Source: Mobula hypostoma (lineage: Eukaryota). Taken from it: DNA of 64,000 bases. Each line of letters starts with the position of its first letter. Within the stretch, counting starts at the first letter, position 1. Shown here piece by piece: positions 25,249 through 38,089 of this stretch. The position numbers and the translations under genes were made by a program. The stretch lies in the NCBI RefSeq assembly GCF_963921235.1, contig NC_086101.1, positions 36,518,001-36,582,000 on the forward strand. Reading direction: 5' to 3'. The notes beneath the pieces were generated by a model. The model was not told where the DNA came from. It made no database searches and saw only the letters and a program-made list of their open reading frames with translations.

Positions 25249-25707
25249 TATAGCTAGGGTGCTTAAGACTTTTGCACAGTACTATAGTAATTTATGTATT
25301 GCACAGTACAACTGCCACAAAAAAAAAATTCATGCCATACATGAGTGATGATAAACCTGATTCTGATATGGGTCTCTTGTGGACGGAGAATGGGAAGAGG
25401 GCAGGGAGAGGGGAATCATGGTTGGGAAAAGGGAAAGTGAGAGGGGATGGAGCGAGAAGCACTAGAGAGATATTCTGTAATGATCAATAAACCAATTGTT
25501 TGGAATCAAATGATCTTGCCTGGTGTCTCAAGGCTGGGTGCGTCTGCAGCCATGCCATTTCCCCCCTCCCCCACCACTGCTGGCACTACTTCTCTGCCAC
25601 CTGTCCCACACCCCTCCCATGGTGCTCCACCCTTGCCATTCCTGACATCCTTTGCTCGTGCCTGATTTACAAACTCACTCTCAACTCCACAATACAATTG
25701 ACAAATA

Positions 25708-25774
25708 CAGTACTGTGTAAAATTCCTCGGCACCCTAGTTATCTACAAGTGCCCAAGACTTTTGCACAGTATTA
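25708..25774. mobile_element. Tiny Tc1-type MITE consisting of two TIRs
   Basis: TA|CAGTACTGTGTAAAA...TTTTGCACAGTATTA|TA; a second half-copy lies at ~25255-25284. Confidence 0.6.
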
Positions 25775-25949
25775 TATATGACAAGAGAGCAATACTTTAC
25801 ATATTGGAGTTGAGATGCCTTCTATACTGAGATGGAGTTTATACCTCAGCAGGGAGGATAGATCACTACTATTTGAGTAATGTTGCAAATGTTGTTTGAT
25901 TATGTATTCTTTGTTTGCTTATATAATTCATTATGGGTTATATGTAAAA

Positions 25950-26275
25950 GTTTGATGTTGCAGTGTTCGTTAAGCTTAGCAAATAGCTTGCAGACGTTTC
26001 ATCGCCATTGAGGTGACATTCACTGGGTGCAGTTATTGGTGTTTCTCTGGGAATGCTCACATTTATATAGATCCCCATTCGCCTGCCTCGGCCCTGATTG
26101 GCTTCGGCTGACCTTTGAATTCTATTGGCTCATGCTTTTTTTTGGCTATTAGGGGTTCGTAGACGGCATCTACTTTGATATGTTTGTTTACGAGGTTATT
26201 AGACAAGAACCAAGCTTCTGAAAATTCTTGTGCCTGTTTCGTGTTTGCCTGTGCCAGAACCCATGTAAAATTACG
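25950..26275 (-). mobile_element. Second Penelope family (Poseidon-like) 3' fragment
   Basis: Minus strand encodes LAQANTKQAQEFSEAWF (GIY-YIG C-terminal LEAW-like motif), followed by TGTCACC-TCAAT-GGCGAT-GAAACGTC, a hammerhead remnant. Confidence 0.6.
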
Positions 26276-26379
26276 TGAATGGCATCACCACATTGTATGT
26301 GAGCACCTCACTAAAGAAAGCAAAGTAGACATGTTTATCCCCAGCTCCCGTGTTTTTGTTTTGACTAGCTTTTGGAGTT

Positions 26380-29300
26380 ACAAAACAAAACATAACACTT
26401 CTCACTAAGTTTTGCTGTATTATAGACCCTCTCTTTTGCTGATATGCTGTCTTGAACTTCCCTTGTCAGCCATGGTTGTATCATTCTCCTTGTAGAATAC
26501 TTCTTCACCTTTGGAATGCATCTATTCTGCACCTTCCAAATTATTCCTAGAAACTCCAGCCATTGCTGTTCTGTCATCATCCCTGATAGTGTTCCCTTGC
26601 AATCAACTTTGGCCAGCACCTCTTTCCCTTTCTCATGCCTCTGTAATTCCCTTTGCACCAATGCAATACTGATACACCTGACTTCATCCTCTCCCTCTCA
26701 AACTATAGTGTGAATTCTTTCATATTATGATCACTGCCTCCTCAGAACTCCTTTATCTGCAGCTCCATTATCAAATCTGGTTCATTACACAAAACCCAAT
26801 CCAGAATAGCCTTTCCCCTCACGAACTAGACCACAAGCTGCTCTAAAGTGCCATCTCATAAGCATTCTATTAATTCCTTCTCCTAAAATCCAGCACCAAC
26901 CTAATTTTCCCAATCTACTTGGATATTCAAAACCCCATGACTATCATAGTCTTGCCCTTATTACAAGCCTTTTGTATTTCCCATTGAAATTTATATCCTA
27001 CACCTTGGCTACTATTGGGAAGACAATATGCAACTCCCATCAGTCTTTTTACCCTTGCAGTTTCTTAACTCCACACAAGGACTCCAAATCTTCTGATCCT
27101 ATGTCACCTCTTTCTAAGGATTTGATTTCATTATTCACCAACAAGGCCACACCCATACCTCTACTTGTCCTTTCAATACAATGTGCATCCTTGAATATTA
27201 AACTCCTAATTATGATCTTTCAGCCACAGCTCAGTGATGCCCAGAACCCACCAATCTCCAGCTGATACCTTATTTTGTATACTGTGTGCATTCAAATATA
27301 ACACCTTCAGTCCTATATTCATCACCCCTATTGATTTTGGCCCCATGTTCCCTTCAATTATCCCAATAACTGCAATTCTGACCCATCATCTCCCTGTTCT
27401 TCCTCACAGTCTCACTGCACACTACATCTCATTTTATACCAATTGCCCTATCCACAGCCATATCACTCCGGTTCCCATTTCCCTACCAAATTAATTTAAA
27501 ACCTTTCCAACTGCTTTAGCAAACCTGCCCCCTCGGGTTCAGCTCTAACCCATCTTTTTTGTACAGCTCATACCTTTCCCAGAAGAGACCCTAATGACCC
27601 AGAAATCTGAAACCCTGCAACAATGCTTCAGCCATGCATTCATCTGCCAAAGTATCTTATTTTTACCCTCACTGGTGCGTGGCAGAGGCAGCAATCCAGA
27701 GATTACTACCCTGAAGGCTCTACTTTTCAACTTTCTTTTCCAATATAATTTTACATATAAGAACAGAGTAAAAGAAAAATATATATCAATACATTATACT
27801 AAATCGCATACAAAGACTCCTTACCCTATAGTCATACAGATTAATTAATTCATAACATTGAAATACAGTAATTTTATTATATTAAAAAAAACTAACCCCC
27901 TACCAAGACCGAAGCTGATTAGTAAAGGAAATGTCTGAAAGTCGTGGCTAGATTCAGAGATTGAACATCGAATCTTCTCTAAATTTAAACATGACATCAT
28001 ATCATGGAACCATTGAGCGTGAATAGGAGGGGCCGCATCTTTCCATTTAAGCAACAGTGTCCTTCTGGCCATAAGAGAAATAAAAGCCAAAATGTTCAAG
28101 TCAGATGACTCCAAAATGATATCCTTTCCTCCAACAATACCAAATAAAGCGGTCAAAGGATTAGGCTTAAAGTTTACTTTGAAAAGTATCGAGAATATTT
28201 TCCAAGACTCAAGCATGTCCAAAACATATAAATGAGTGAAGTTTCTCCACTATTACATTTATCACAATACGGAAATATATCTAAATAAAAATGAGACAAC
28301 TTATCCTTGGTCATATGGGCCCTATGGACCACTTTAATTTGTATGAGAGAGTGTGGCGGGCACATAACGATGAAGTGTTAACCAATTTTAAAATTTGATT
28401 CCAAGTTTCCTCAGAAATTGAAGTCTGTAAATCTTGTTCCAAAAGGTTTTTAATTTTATCTAAAGGAACACTTCTCATTCCCAACAGCATTATAAATATT
28501 AGATATAGATCCATTATAAAAAGGTTTCAAATTAAAAATTACATCTGGTAGATTTTTATTAGGACTTTTAGGAAATGTACTTATTTGAGACCGTAAAAAA
28601 TCTCTTATTTGTAGGTATCGAAAAAAATGAGTTTTGGATAAACTATATTTAGTTGACAGTTGTTCAAACAAAAAGAGACTTCCCTCCACAAACAAGTCCT
28701 GAAAGCATTTAATACCTAATCTATCCCATTCTTTAAAAGCCACATCAATCATAGAAGGTTTAAAAAAAAATAGAAAAAATGGGTCTCGAAAGAGAATATC
28801 TCAATAAGCCAAAGTATTTTCGGAATTGTATCCAAATTCTCATAGTGTGTTTAACTACCAGATTATCAGTTAACTTACTCAGAGACAAAGGAAGTGAGGA
28901 TCCAAGAACAGAAATAATAAAAAATTTATTGACAGAGTTAGCTTCTAAAAAAAACCTACATCGGGTAATCCTCACGATTAATGTAATATAACCAAAATGT
29001 AAGATTTCTTACATTAACTGCCCAATAATAAAATCTAAAGTTTGGTAAGGCTAATTCTTTTTATCTTTCTGAAGATGAATTTTATTTAATCTAGATCGCT
29101 TATTCTTCCATATACAAGAACATATAATAGTCAAGAGAATCAAAGAAAGATTTAGGAATAAAAACAGGCAATGCCTGAAAAAGATATATAAATTTAGGTA
29201 ATATATTCATTTTAATAGAGTTAATTCAGCCAATCAGCGATAACGAAAGAGGCGACCAATTTGATAGTATCCTTTCTACGTGATTCAATAGGGTAAGAAA

Positions 29301-30560
29301 TTGTTCTTTAAATAGACACTTATAGTTTTTAGTAATTGTTACACCTAAGTAGGTAAATTGGTTTCTTACAATTTTAAAAGGAAGGTTAGAATTTGTTGGT
29401 ATCAAATTATTCAAAAGGAAAAGTTCACCTTTATGTAGTAGGTTTAATTTATAACCTGAGAACTGGCTAAAACAGGAGAGTAAAGAAAGCGCATGGGGTA
29501 ACAAAGTCTCAACATTAGAAATAAATAGCAGCAGATCATCAGCGTACAGCAAGACTTTGTAAATAGTGTCTCTCCTTAAAATACCAGTGATATCATTAGT
29601 TTCTCAAAAAGCAATGGCTGAAGGTTCTGAGGCCAGATCAAAAAGCAAAGGGCTCAACGGACAGCCTTGTCTAGTGCCACATTGAAGCTTAAATGGTTTG
29701 GAATTATGAGAATTAGTGATAACTCTAGTGGAAGGAGTTAAATAAAATAATTTAAGCCATTGAATGAAAACCCCATTCAACTCTTTCGAAAGCTTTCTCA
29801 GCATCTAGGGATACCACGCATTCGGATATCTTGTCAGAAGGAGAATAAATAACATTTAATAACCGACGAATATTAAAGTAAGAATATCGATTTTTGATAA
29901 ATCCAGTTTGATTATCGGAAATGACAGATGGTAAGATATTTTCAATCCTATGGGCCAAAACTTTAGATAGGATCTTAGTATCAACATTAAGTAAAGATTT
30001 TGGTCTTTAAGCGGAGCATTCAGCTGGATCCTTATTAAGGATAAGCAACATGGAAGCCTCATAAAAAGACTGAGGGAGTCTACCTGACTTGAAAGAATAC
30101 AAAAAAACTGAACGTAAATGAGGTATAAGCAGTGAGGAAAAAATCTTGTAAAACTCTCCAGAAAATCCATCTGGACCCGGAGCTTTCCTCAACAGCCTTA
30201 ACAATTTCCTCAAAAGAAACAGGTTGTTCCAACAACTTTCTGCCTAACTCCTTACTTCTCTTCAGGACATCCTCACTTTTCCTGCCCATGTCATTGGTAC
30301 CAATATGTACTAAAACTCCCAACTGGTCACCCTCCCCCTTTAGAATGTTGTAGACCCGATCTGAGACATCCCTAACCTAGCAAGTTGGAGGTAACATACC
30401 ATCTGGTTGTCTCTTTCACTTCTACAGAATCTGCTGTCTGCTCCTCTAACTATCGAACCCCTATTGCACTCTTCTTCTCCCTCTCCCCCGCCCCCACCCT
30501 TTTGAGCCACAGAGCCGGACTCAGTAGCAAAGACCCAATAGCTGTGGCTTCTTCCAACAG
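26380..30560 (-). mobile_element. CR1 5' portion (ORF1 SGNH esterase plus ORF2 endonuclease), split by the L1 at 27737-30232
   Basis: VLVHIGTND..KELGRKL (30233-30322) continues as RVVISGLLP..MNAWL (27545-27730). Confidence 0.8.
27737..30232 (-). mobile_element. 5'-truncated L1 ORF2 (RT to C-terminal Cys region), decayed
   Basis: KAPGPDGF, QTGFIKNR, SLDAEKAF, GTRQGCPLSPLLF, LYADDLL, CDKC..H motifs; TSD CAACTTTCT (27728-36, 30233-41). Confidence 0.9.
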
Positions 30561-30659
30561 GTACTTCACTGCTGTTTGGCTATGTACAAGAGCGACTACG
30601 CTGCTGTACTTTGCATTAAGAATCTGTAAAATATTCCAGGAATGCCTGTGATCATAAAG

Positions 30660-31850
30660 GAAAGCATCAAAGTTCAAAGTAAATTTATTATCAAGGTATA
30701 TGTATGTCACCATATACAACCCTGAGATTCATATGTGAAATTACAGAAAATACAATGAACACATTAGGATGGACAAACAACCAACATGAAAAACACAATG
30801 TGCAAAGAAAAAAATAATAACAATAATAAATAAGCAACAAATATCAAGAACATGAGATGAATAGTCTTTAAAAGTGAGTCCATAGGTTGTAAGAACAATT
30901 CAGTGATGGGGTGAGTGAAGTTGAGTGGAGTTGTCCCTTTGGTTCAAGAGCCTGCTGGTGCAGTATCCCTGGACCTGGTGGTGTGGGCTCAGAGGCTTCT
31001 GTAAGCTTCTTCCTGACAGCAGCAGCAAGACCATGGCCTCGGTGGTGGTGGGTCCTTAATGATGGATGCTGCTTTCCTGCAGTTGTGCTCAAAGATGGGG
31101 AGGGCTTTACCCATGATAGACTGGGCCATATCCACTACTTTTTGCAGAATTTTCTGTTCAAGGGCATTGTTGTTTCCATACCAGGCTGTAATGCAACCAA
31201 TCAATATACTCTCGACCTATGGACCTTGCAAACTTCTAAGAAAGTGGAGGCACTGTGCTTTTTTTTTGTCATAGACCTTACAAGCTGGACACAGGACAGA
31301 TTCTCTGCAATAATAACATCAAGGAATTGAAAGTTGCTGATCCTCTTCACCTCTGACCCCCCCCCCAATGAGGACGGGTTTATGGACCTCAGGTTTCCTC
31401 CTCCTGAAGTCAGTAATCAGCCCTTTGGTCTTGCTGACATTGAGTGAGGTGGTTGTTGTGGCACAACTCAGCCAGACTTTCAATCTCCCTCCTCTATGCT
31501 GATTTGTCACCTTTGATTTGGCCAACGATAGTAGTGTTGTCAACAAATTTAAATATATATAAATAAATAAAGTGAGTAGAGTACGGAGCTGAGCACACAG
31601 CCCTATGGTGTGCCTGTGCTGATGGAGATAGTGGAGATGATGTTGCCAATCTGAACTGACAGGGTTTGCAAGTGAGGAAATTAAGCATCCAGTTGCACAA
31701 GGGGGTATTGAGGCCTAGGCCTTGATTAGTTGAGGGAATGATAGATTCAAATGCCAGCTGTAATCAATGAAGAGCGATGTACGCATTGCCGCTGCCAGAT
31801 ACTCCAGGGTTGAGTGAAGAACCAATGAAATGGCATCGGCTCTGGACTTG
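30660..31850 (-). mobile_element. Rex1/Babar 3' fragment (RT)
   Basis: CNWMLNFL, KFVDNTTIVG, LNVSKTK, GCITAWYG. Confidence 0.85.
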
Positions 31851-32414
31851 TTGTGATGACAATCCTGCATATTACCAACATCCTAACCCCATCCACAAGT
31901 CCATAGCTCTACTACCAGTTACATTTCACTCATTGCAAATGAAAAACAGCACACATACTGTCTGATGAACCAGCACAGAAAACTATTTGCTTGTCATTTG
32001 CACAATTAAATTAAATGTTTTGTTCCACAATGACCAATACTCTTTGAAATTACAAACATTGTCATCACCTCTCACAATCAGGAGCATAAAATTCCAAAAT
32101 CAAAAAACAATGCAAATAGAAAAAAGAAGTGCAGATGCTGCAGTCTGGAAAAATAGCAGAGGTTAGCACACCTTACAGTACCAGCAACCCGGTTTCAATT
32201 CTCACCACTGCCTGCAAGGAGTTTGTAAGTTCTCCCCATGATTGCGTGGGTTTCCTCAGGGTACTCTGGTTTCCTCCCACATTCCAAAGACATACCGGTT
32301 GGTAGGTTAATTGCTCATTGTAAATTGTCCCATGATTAGGTTAGGATTAAATTGGAGGATTGCTGAGCGCCACAGCTCGAAGGGCCAACCCTGCACCGTG
32401 TGTCAATAAATAAT

Positions 32415-32705
32415 CAAAAAAACAAACAAATATGCTGAAAGAACCCTGTAGCATCTGCAGAGATAAAAGATGTAAAGCAACATTTCAGGTTGAGACCCTG
32501 CATCAGGACTGAGAGGGAAGAGTAAAGATGTATGAGGCTGGGAGCTGATAGATGGAACCTAATGGGGAGGGGATGGAGAAGATGAACAAAGAAAAAAACT
32601 AGGCAGCCAGGTGAGTCTGTGTGGTAGGACAGCACTGGCCAGGTGAGCTATTTAAATTCAATGTTCTTACTGTTGGGTTGCAGGCTACCCTGGAATAAGA
32701 AATGT
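32415..32705 (-). mobile_element. Old Penelope 3' fragment (decayed hammerhead ~32478-32512)
   Basis: CAGTC-CTGATGC-AGGGTCTCAACCT-GAAA on the minus strand. Confidence 0.6.
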
Positions 32706-34014
32706 TGGATACAACAAGTATTCAATGGTAGATAGAAGATACCTTAAGTACCTACATATGAAAGTTTACAAAAGCACATTGAGAAAATCTGTGATTAGCC
32801 TTAAACAAAAAAAATCTGTTCTATTAATGTTAATTTAACAAACAAAATCAACTCAACTCTCCTTCGACTTCGAGATTAGAATCTAACTGAAATCTTCAAT
32901 CCTTTCTGGCCAACAAGAGAAGTTATCTGTAATAACAATCTGCTGGAAGAACTCAACAGATTGATCAGTGCCCATGGGGTGGGGGAGGGGGGAGAGGAAC
33001 TGTTGATATTTCTAATCTGGTGATGGTGACTCAATTCATCCAAGGTATTATATGCAATACTTTATGGACTATTTGACATTGGGTTCTCTGACTCCATCAC
33101 TGGCCCTCCCCTCCCCACAAAGAAAAAAATGTCAAGGAATACATGACCCACAAAGCCAATTAAAAATAATGTGTACATCACAAAGTACAAGCAGCAATCG
33201 ATACAGTACTAAAGAAGATTTAAGCCTGTGCAGAAGGTAAAGTATGACAATGGGATACAGGGCATCATTTTGATCAAAAAGATTGTTCAGTAATTAAACA
33301 AACCACTGCGAACCGAGATCAAAGAAATTTTGAACATCAAAGTCACAGTTACAAACAATTCAGATGGTCACAGATATCATGGATTTTAATACAAAATACT
33401 AAACATTAAAAAAAACTCTCAGTCCTAGCAAGCTCACATCAAGAGACACATCCGTTGGGCCCACTGTAATCATTCCCCACAGGACTTGGGCTGCCAAGAC
33501 TCATTGGAGGCTTAACAACATGATCTCTTACCTCCAAACACACAAAGTCAAAACATCTATGTTCCATCTATGCTGTATTTATAACTAAGAAACAAATATA
33601 CGAAAAGAAAATTTAAAACTATTCTTTTTCCCTATGATTTCTTCCCAAAATAACAACCCCAGGGTTGCCTGAAACGATGTTGTGGAATCATAGGATCTGA
33701 CAGTACAGAGGCCAATTGGCCCAATGCCTATGCAAAATAACTTTGGTTTGCAGTCTTTCAACACAGGGAAGGAGTTTTTTTTAGAAAAACACAAAGTTGT
33801 AGGTAACTAGAATGCATAACCTGGGATGATGGCGGAGCCATTCAAGATCTCTTAGCACATGGATGTTCAGAAAATAGGATTATGGACATTGTGTAGGCAT
33901 TTGATTACTAATTTAAATTAATTTGGCATAACATTGTGGCCTTTATGTTTTTGGAATATGATACCATGACCTTTTCAGGTAATGCATTCCAATGATATCA
34001 CTGGTGCCTATATT

Positions 34015-34955
34015 GATAGATAGATAGATGTACTTTTTGATCTCTAGGGAAATTGGGTTTCGTTATAGCCGCACCAACCAAGAATAGAGCATAAATATAG
34101 CAATACAAAAACCACAAACAATCAAACAGCCAAATGCAAACTATGCCAGATGGAAAATAAGTCCAGGATCAGTCTATTGGCTCAGGGTGTCTGACCCTCC
34201 ACGGGAGGAGCTGCAAGTTCGATGGCCACAGGCAGGAACGACCTCCCGTGCTGCCCAGTGTTGTATCTCGGTAGAATGTGGCCGAAGTCCAACAGTAAAA
34301 AGTTCAATATCCGGTCTACAACCACGTTCCTCGATCGTAATATGACCCGGATTGCACCATCTGTTGTTAACCAGAACAGTAAGCACCCAACTCCTTTACG
34401 CTTACCGCTCTCAGTGCACTTCCGGTCAGCCCGAACGGTCTGGAAGCCATCCATGGAAAAGTTTTGATCGGGTATGTCCTCGTGCAGCCCTGTTCCAGTG
34501 AAACACATAACACTGCACTCCCGAAATGTTCTCTGACGCCTGGCTAGCACCGTGAACTCGTCCATTTTAGTACCCACCGAACTCCTCTTCTCTATAAGTC
34601 TCTGTTGTCTCGACCCGGTCCTCTTTCCTCAACTTTATGATCTCCCTCTGCATCCTCTGTGTGTTTTCCTCCAGATTTCAGCAGGGGTGTCCACCGCTCT
34701 GCTCGCTAAACCGGCCGGCATAAGCGCAATCAGCTGGTCCCTGGAATAAACAATGTGACCATGCTTCTGTCCCGCTGATGAGACGTGTTGGAATGTAACT
34801 ACTTCCAGCGCTAAAAACCCGAATAAAACTCTCTCTACCAGCATGTTAGAGAGGGTGCAGCTTCGACGTGTTACCATGAAAAAAATACAGCAAATAACGT
34901 AAGTTTAAAAAGTAAGAAAAAAGTAAGAATACTGATCGGAACAGCTGCATGCGCA
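34015..34955 (-). mobile_element. Internally deleted Rex1-type element (5' end and endonuclease start fused to 3' end)
   Basis: KMDEF..ECSVMCFT..DGFQTVRADR..SGKRKG..VNNRWC..IELF.VGLRP joined directly to PRYNT..GRSFLPVAIEL; (TCTA)n tail. Confidence 0.75.
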
Positions 34956-35134
34956 CTCAATATTACATCATAATCATTATTCCTTTGCAGTTTACCATGC
35001 ACAAATCAGCTGCACACTTCATACAACAGTGATTATATATCACTGACTATAAAGAACTCCTGGGCATCCAGAACACCATTCAACCTTTCTACATCATAAA
35101 TTTGCATGCAAAACAAAACTCCAGTTTTTTCCTA

Positions 35135-35700
35135 GAGCAACACACACAAAATGCTGGAAATCAGCAAGTCAGGCATCATCTATGGAACTGAATAAACAGT
35201 TGACGATTCAGATTGAGACCCTTCATCAGAACTGGAAAGGAAGGGGGAAGATGCCAGAATAAGGTGGGGGGGGTGAAATAGAGGACAAGCTAGAAGGAAA
35301 AAGGTGAAGCTAAGTGAGTGGGGGGGGGGGAGAATGAATTGAGAAGCAGGGATGTGATAAGTCAGAAAGTTAACGGGCTGGAGAAGAAGGAACCTGATAG
35401 AGGACAGTGGAGCAAGTGAGGAAGGGAAAGAGAAGGAGCACCAGTGAAGGTGATAGGCAGGTGAGAAGAGGCAAGAGACCAACATGGGAAATTGAAGAGG
35501 AAATGGAAATTACTGGAGGTCGGAGAAATCGATGTGAATGCTATCATATTGGAGACGATTTAGATGGATTATGTTCATGCCATCAGGTTGGAGGTTACCT
35601 AGGCGGAATATGAGGTGTTGCTCTTCCAACCTGAGAGTGGCCTAGTCATGACAGAAGAGGTAACCATGGAACAACACGTTAGAAAGGGAATTAAAATGGT
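35135..35700 (-). mobile_element. Penelope 3' fragment, hammerhead with GAAA>GAAT change (~35197-35235)
   Basis: Homologous to 3150-3700 and 44245-44720. Confidence 0.75.
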
Positions 35701-35993
35701 TATCCCCCAAGCCTGTGCCAACCACCCAGCACCCATTTACAGTAATCTCATTTTATTCTCAGCAGTCCCATTGACACTGCCCCCATCAGATTGTGCCACC
35801 TACCCACACACTAGAGGCAAATTTCAGTGGCCAATTAACCTGCACATCATTGTGATATGGGAGGAAACCAGACCACTCAAAGGAAATTTATGTAGTCACA
35901 AACCAAACATGCAAACATGTTTGAAAGCAGAATCAAACCCAGGCCGCCGGAATGGTGCGACAGCAACTCTACTAACATTGTAAATACCACCCA

Positions 35994-38089
35994 GGAGTTC
36001 CGGTGACGTCATCGTTCAGAATGGCAGCTTAAATCAACAGCTCCTCTGGAAAAACACGTATTTTGCCCCGTTAAACCTTCAAATATAAGATCTTTTGAAA
36101 ATATCTGAATTGATAAGGGGGGTAAGAATGGGGAGAAAGAATGGAGATAAATAAAGCATCACTGTGGAGCCTGTGGAAAAGAGAGGTACAACGCGTGGCT
36201 CTCCTACATGTGTGCGTGGCAGCGAAGCTGACACTGGGCCTAGTGCAGGCGAAGCGGCAAATATGATAAGGATTTTGGAAGAGATAAGGGAAGTCCAAAA
36301 AAGATATAAAGCAGCAACTCAATGATATAAAGTCAGAGCTCGCCAATGTCAATCAGAAAATAGCGGTGGCAGAGACTCGAATTGAGAAGATGGAAGATCG
36401 CGTGCAAAAAGTGGAACAGATACTAAGTAAGACGATAAAAATGTTAAATCAACAGGAAAGTAAATTGCTTGACCAGGAGGGAAGATCGCAATGGAGAAAA
36501 ATCAGGATTTATAATGTTCCCGAAGGAGCGGAGGGATTGCCGATGATGGATTTTGTAGACAAGCTGCTGCGGGAAGCGCTGGAGGTTCCTCAAACTATGG
36601 AGATTGAAATTGAAAGGGCGCACCATTTGCTTGTCCAGCGGCTTCCCAGAGACAGAGAAGATAAACCGCACTCCATTGTACTTAGATTCCTTCGATTCAA
36701 GAACAAGGCGGAGATTCTACAAAGGGCCTGGGGTAAGAAGAGAGTGTTTTGGAACGGGAAGTTAATATACTTCGATCATGATTACCCCCCAGCGTTCCTA
36801 CAGAAACAGAAAGAATATTCCGAAGCGAAACAAATATTAAAGCAAGAAAACGTACCCTGCTAAACTGAGGGTATTTTACCAAGAAGGGATACGACTATAT
36901 CAGACGGTGGAAGAGGCAACTACAGACATGAAGAAGAGGACTGCCCATTAGCATGGTCAAGCCAAGGGAAATGCTGGCTGAGCAGTTGTCCTGAGCTGCT
37001 TGGGAAGTAGTAAGAGAACCTAGAAAGCAGGGGACAGGAACAGGACGAGAGAAGGATATTAGGAAGAGACTGTCAGTTCTCCGAGGGCAGCCCTCACCTC
37101 CTCCAGAAGAGCCATAAGGTTTGGCTAACTTTAAAAGTGCTGCTGAACTAAACGGAAGAAAAAATAGATGGTGATATACCTATCTCGAGAAATACATGTT
37201 ATAATGTGGATTTTATTTTACTCAATTTTTTAAAAATTATTTATTCATTCCTTTTTCCCCACTTAAATGAGAATAAATACATGGGAGGAATACACAGGGA
37301 AATCATTTCTGTGTAATGGACATAGTTTTTTTTTACTTACTTTTATAGGCACTGCAGCGGGGGCCCTCAACCCACAGGTAGGAGGGGCTATCCCCCACGG
37401 CTTGACTTTTCCTCTAGCCCAACCCAGGGTCATCTAGAGACCCCAGCCTTGGAACCCTACCTTCCTTACCTTTCTTTTTATTACTCACTTTTCTTGGTTC
37501 TTATTTGTTCAGGGAATAGATCGATTAAGTTATATTCTGCAAATTTCAATGATATACTAACAGATAAATACACATAGAGAGTAAGACCATATAATTTGGG
37601 TATATACCTCAAGAATGGTTGAAAAGAGATAAATATAAATATTTAATGAATGTACTGCTGGTGGCTGGTAAATAGACCCTTACCAGGAAATGGTTATCTC
37701 AGGAGAGCCCAACTTTAAATGTATGGATGGAAATTACAATGGACATTTACAAAATGGAGAAGATAACATCAGTTAATCATAAGTTGGAACAATTTTATTC
37801 ATACTGGAAAAAAATTGTTTAACTACATAACATCTCATAGGCCTGATTTTATTCTCACAATCAATGAATATATTGTTAAAAAAAATCACTCCCTGCTCTG
37901 TACGTAGTTTTCTTCTTTCGATTGTTCTTTCTTTCCTCTTCTTTCTATAAGCGTATACTTCAGATAGATATTATGTAGAGATTTGTGACAAATATGATTA
38001 TATGATATATATGTACAGTACCTGAAATACATCTTATGGAAATGTTTGTTTGATGATGAAACTCAATAAAAAATAAATTACAAAAAAAA
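35994..38089 (+). mobile_element. L1-derived element with 5' UTR, ORF1, spacer and only the ORF2 C-terminus (HAL1-like)
   Basis: TSD GTAAAT(A/G)CCACCCA (35980-93, 38090-103); ORF 36366-36863 is the L1 ORF1p RRM region (IRIYNVPEGAE, IERAH, IVLRFLRF); AATAAA and A tail at ~38065-38089. Confidence 0.85.
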
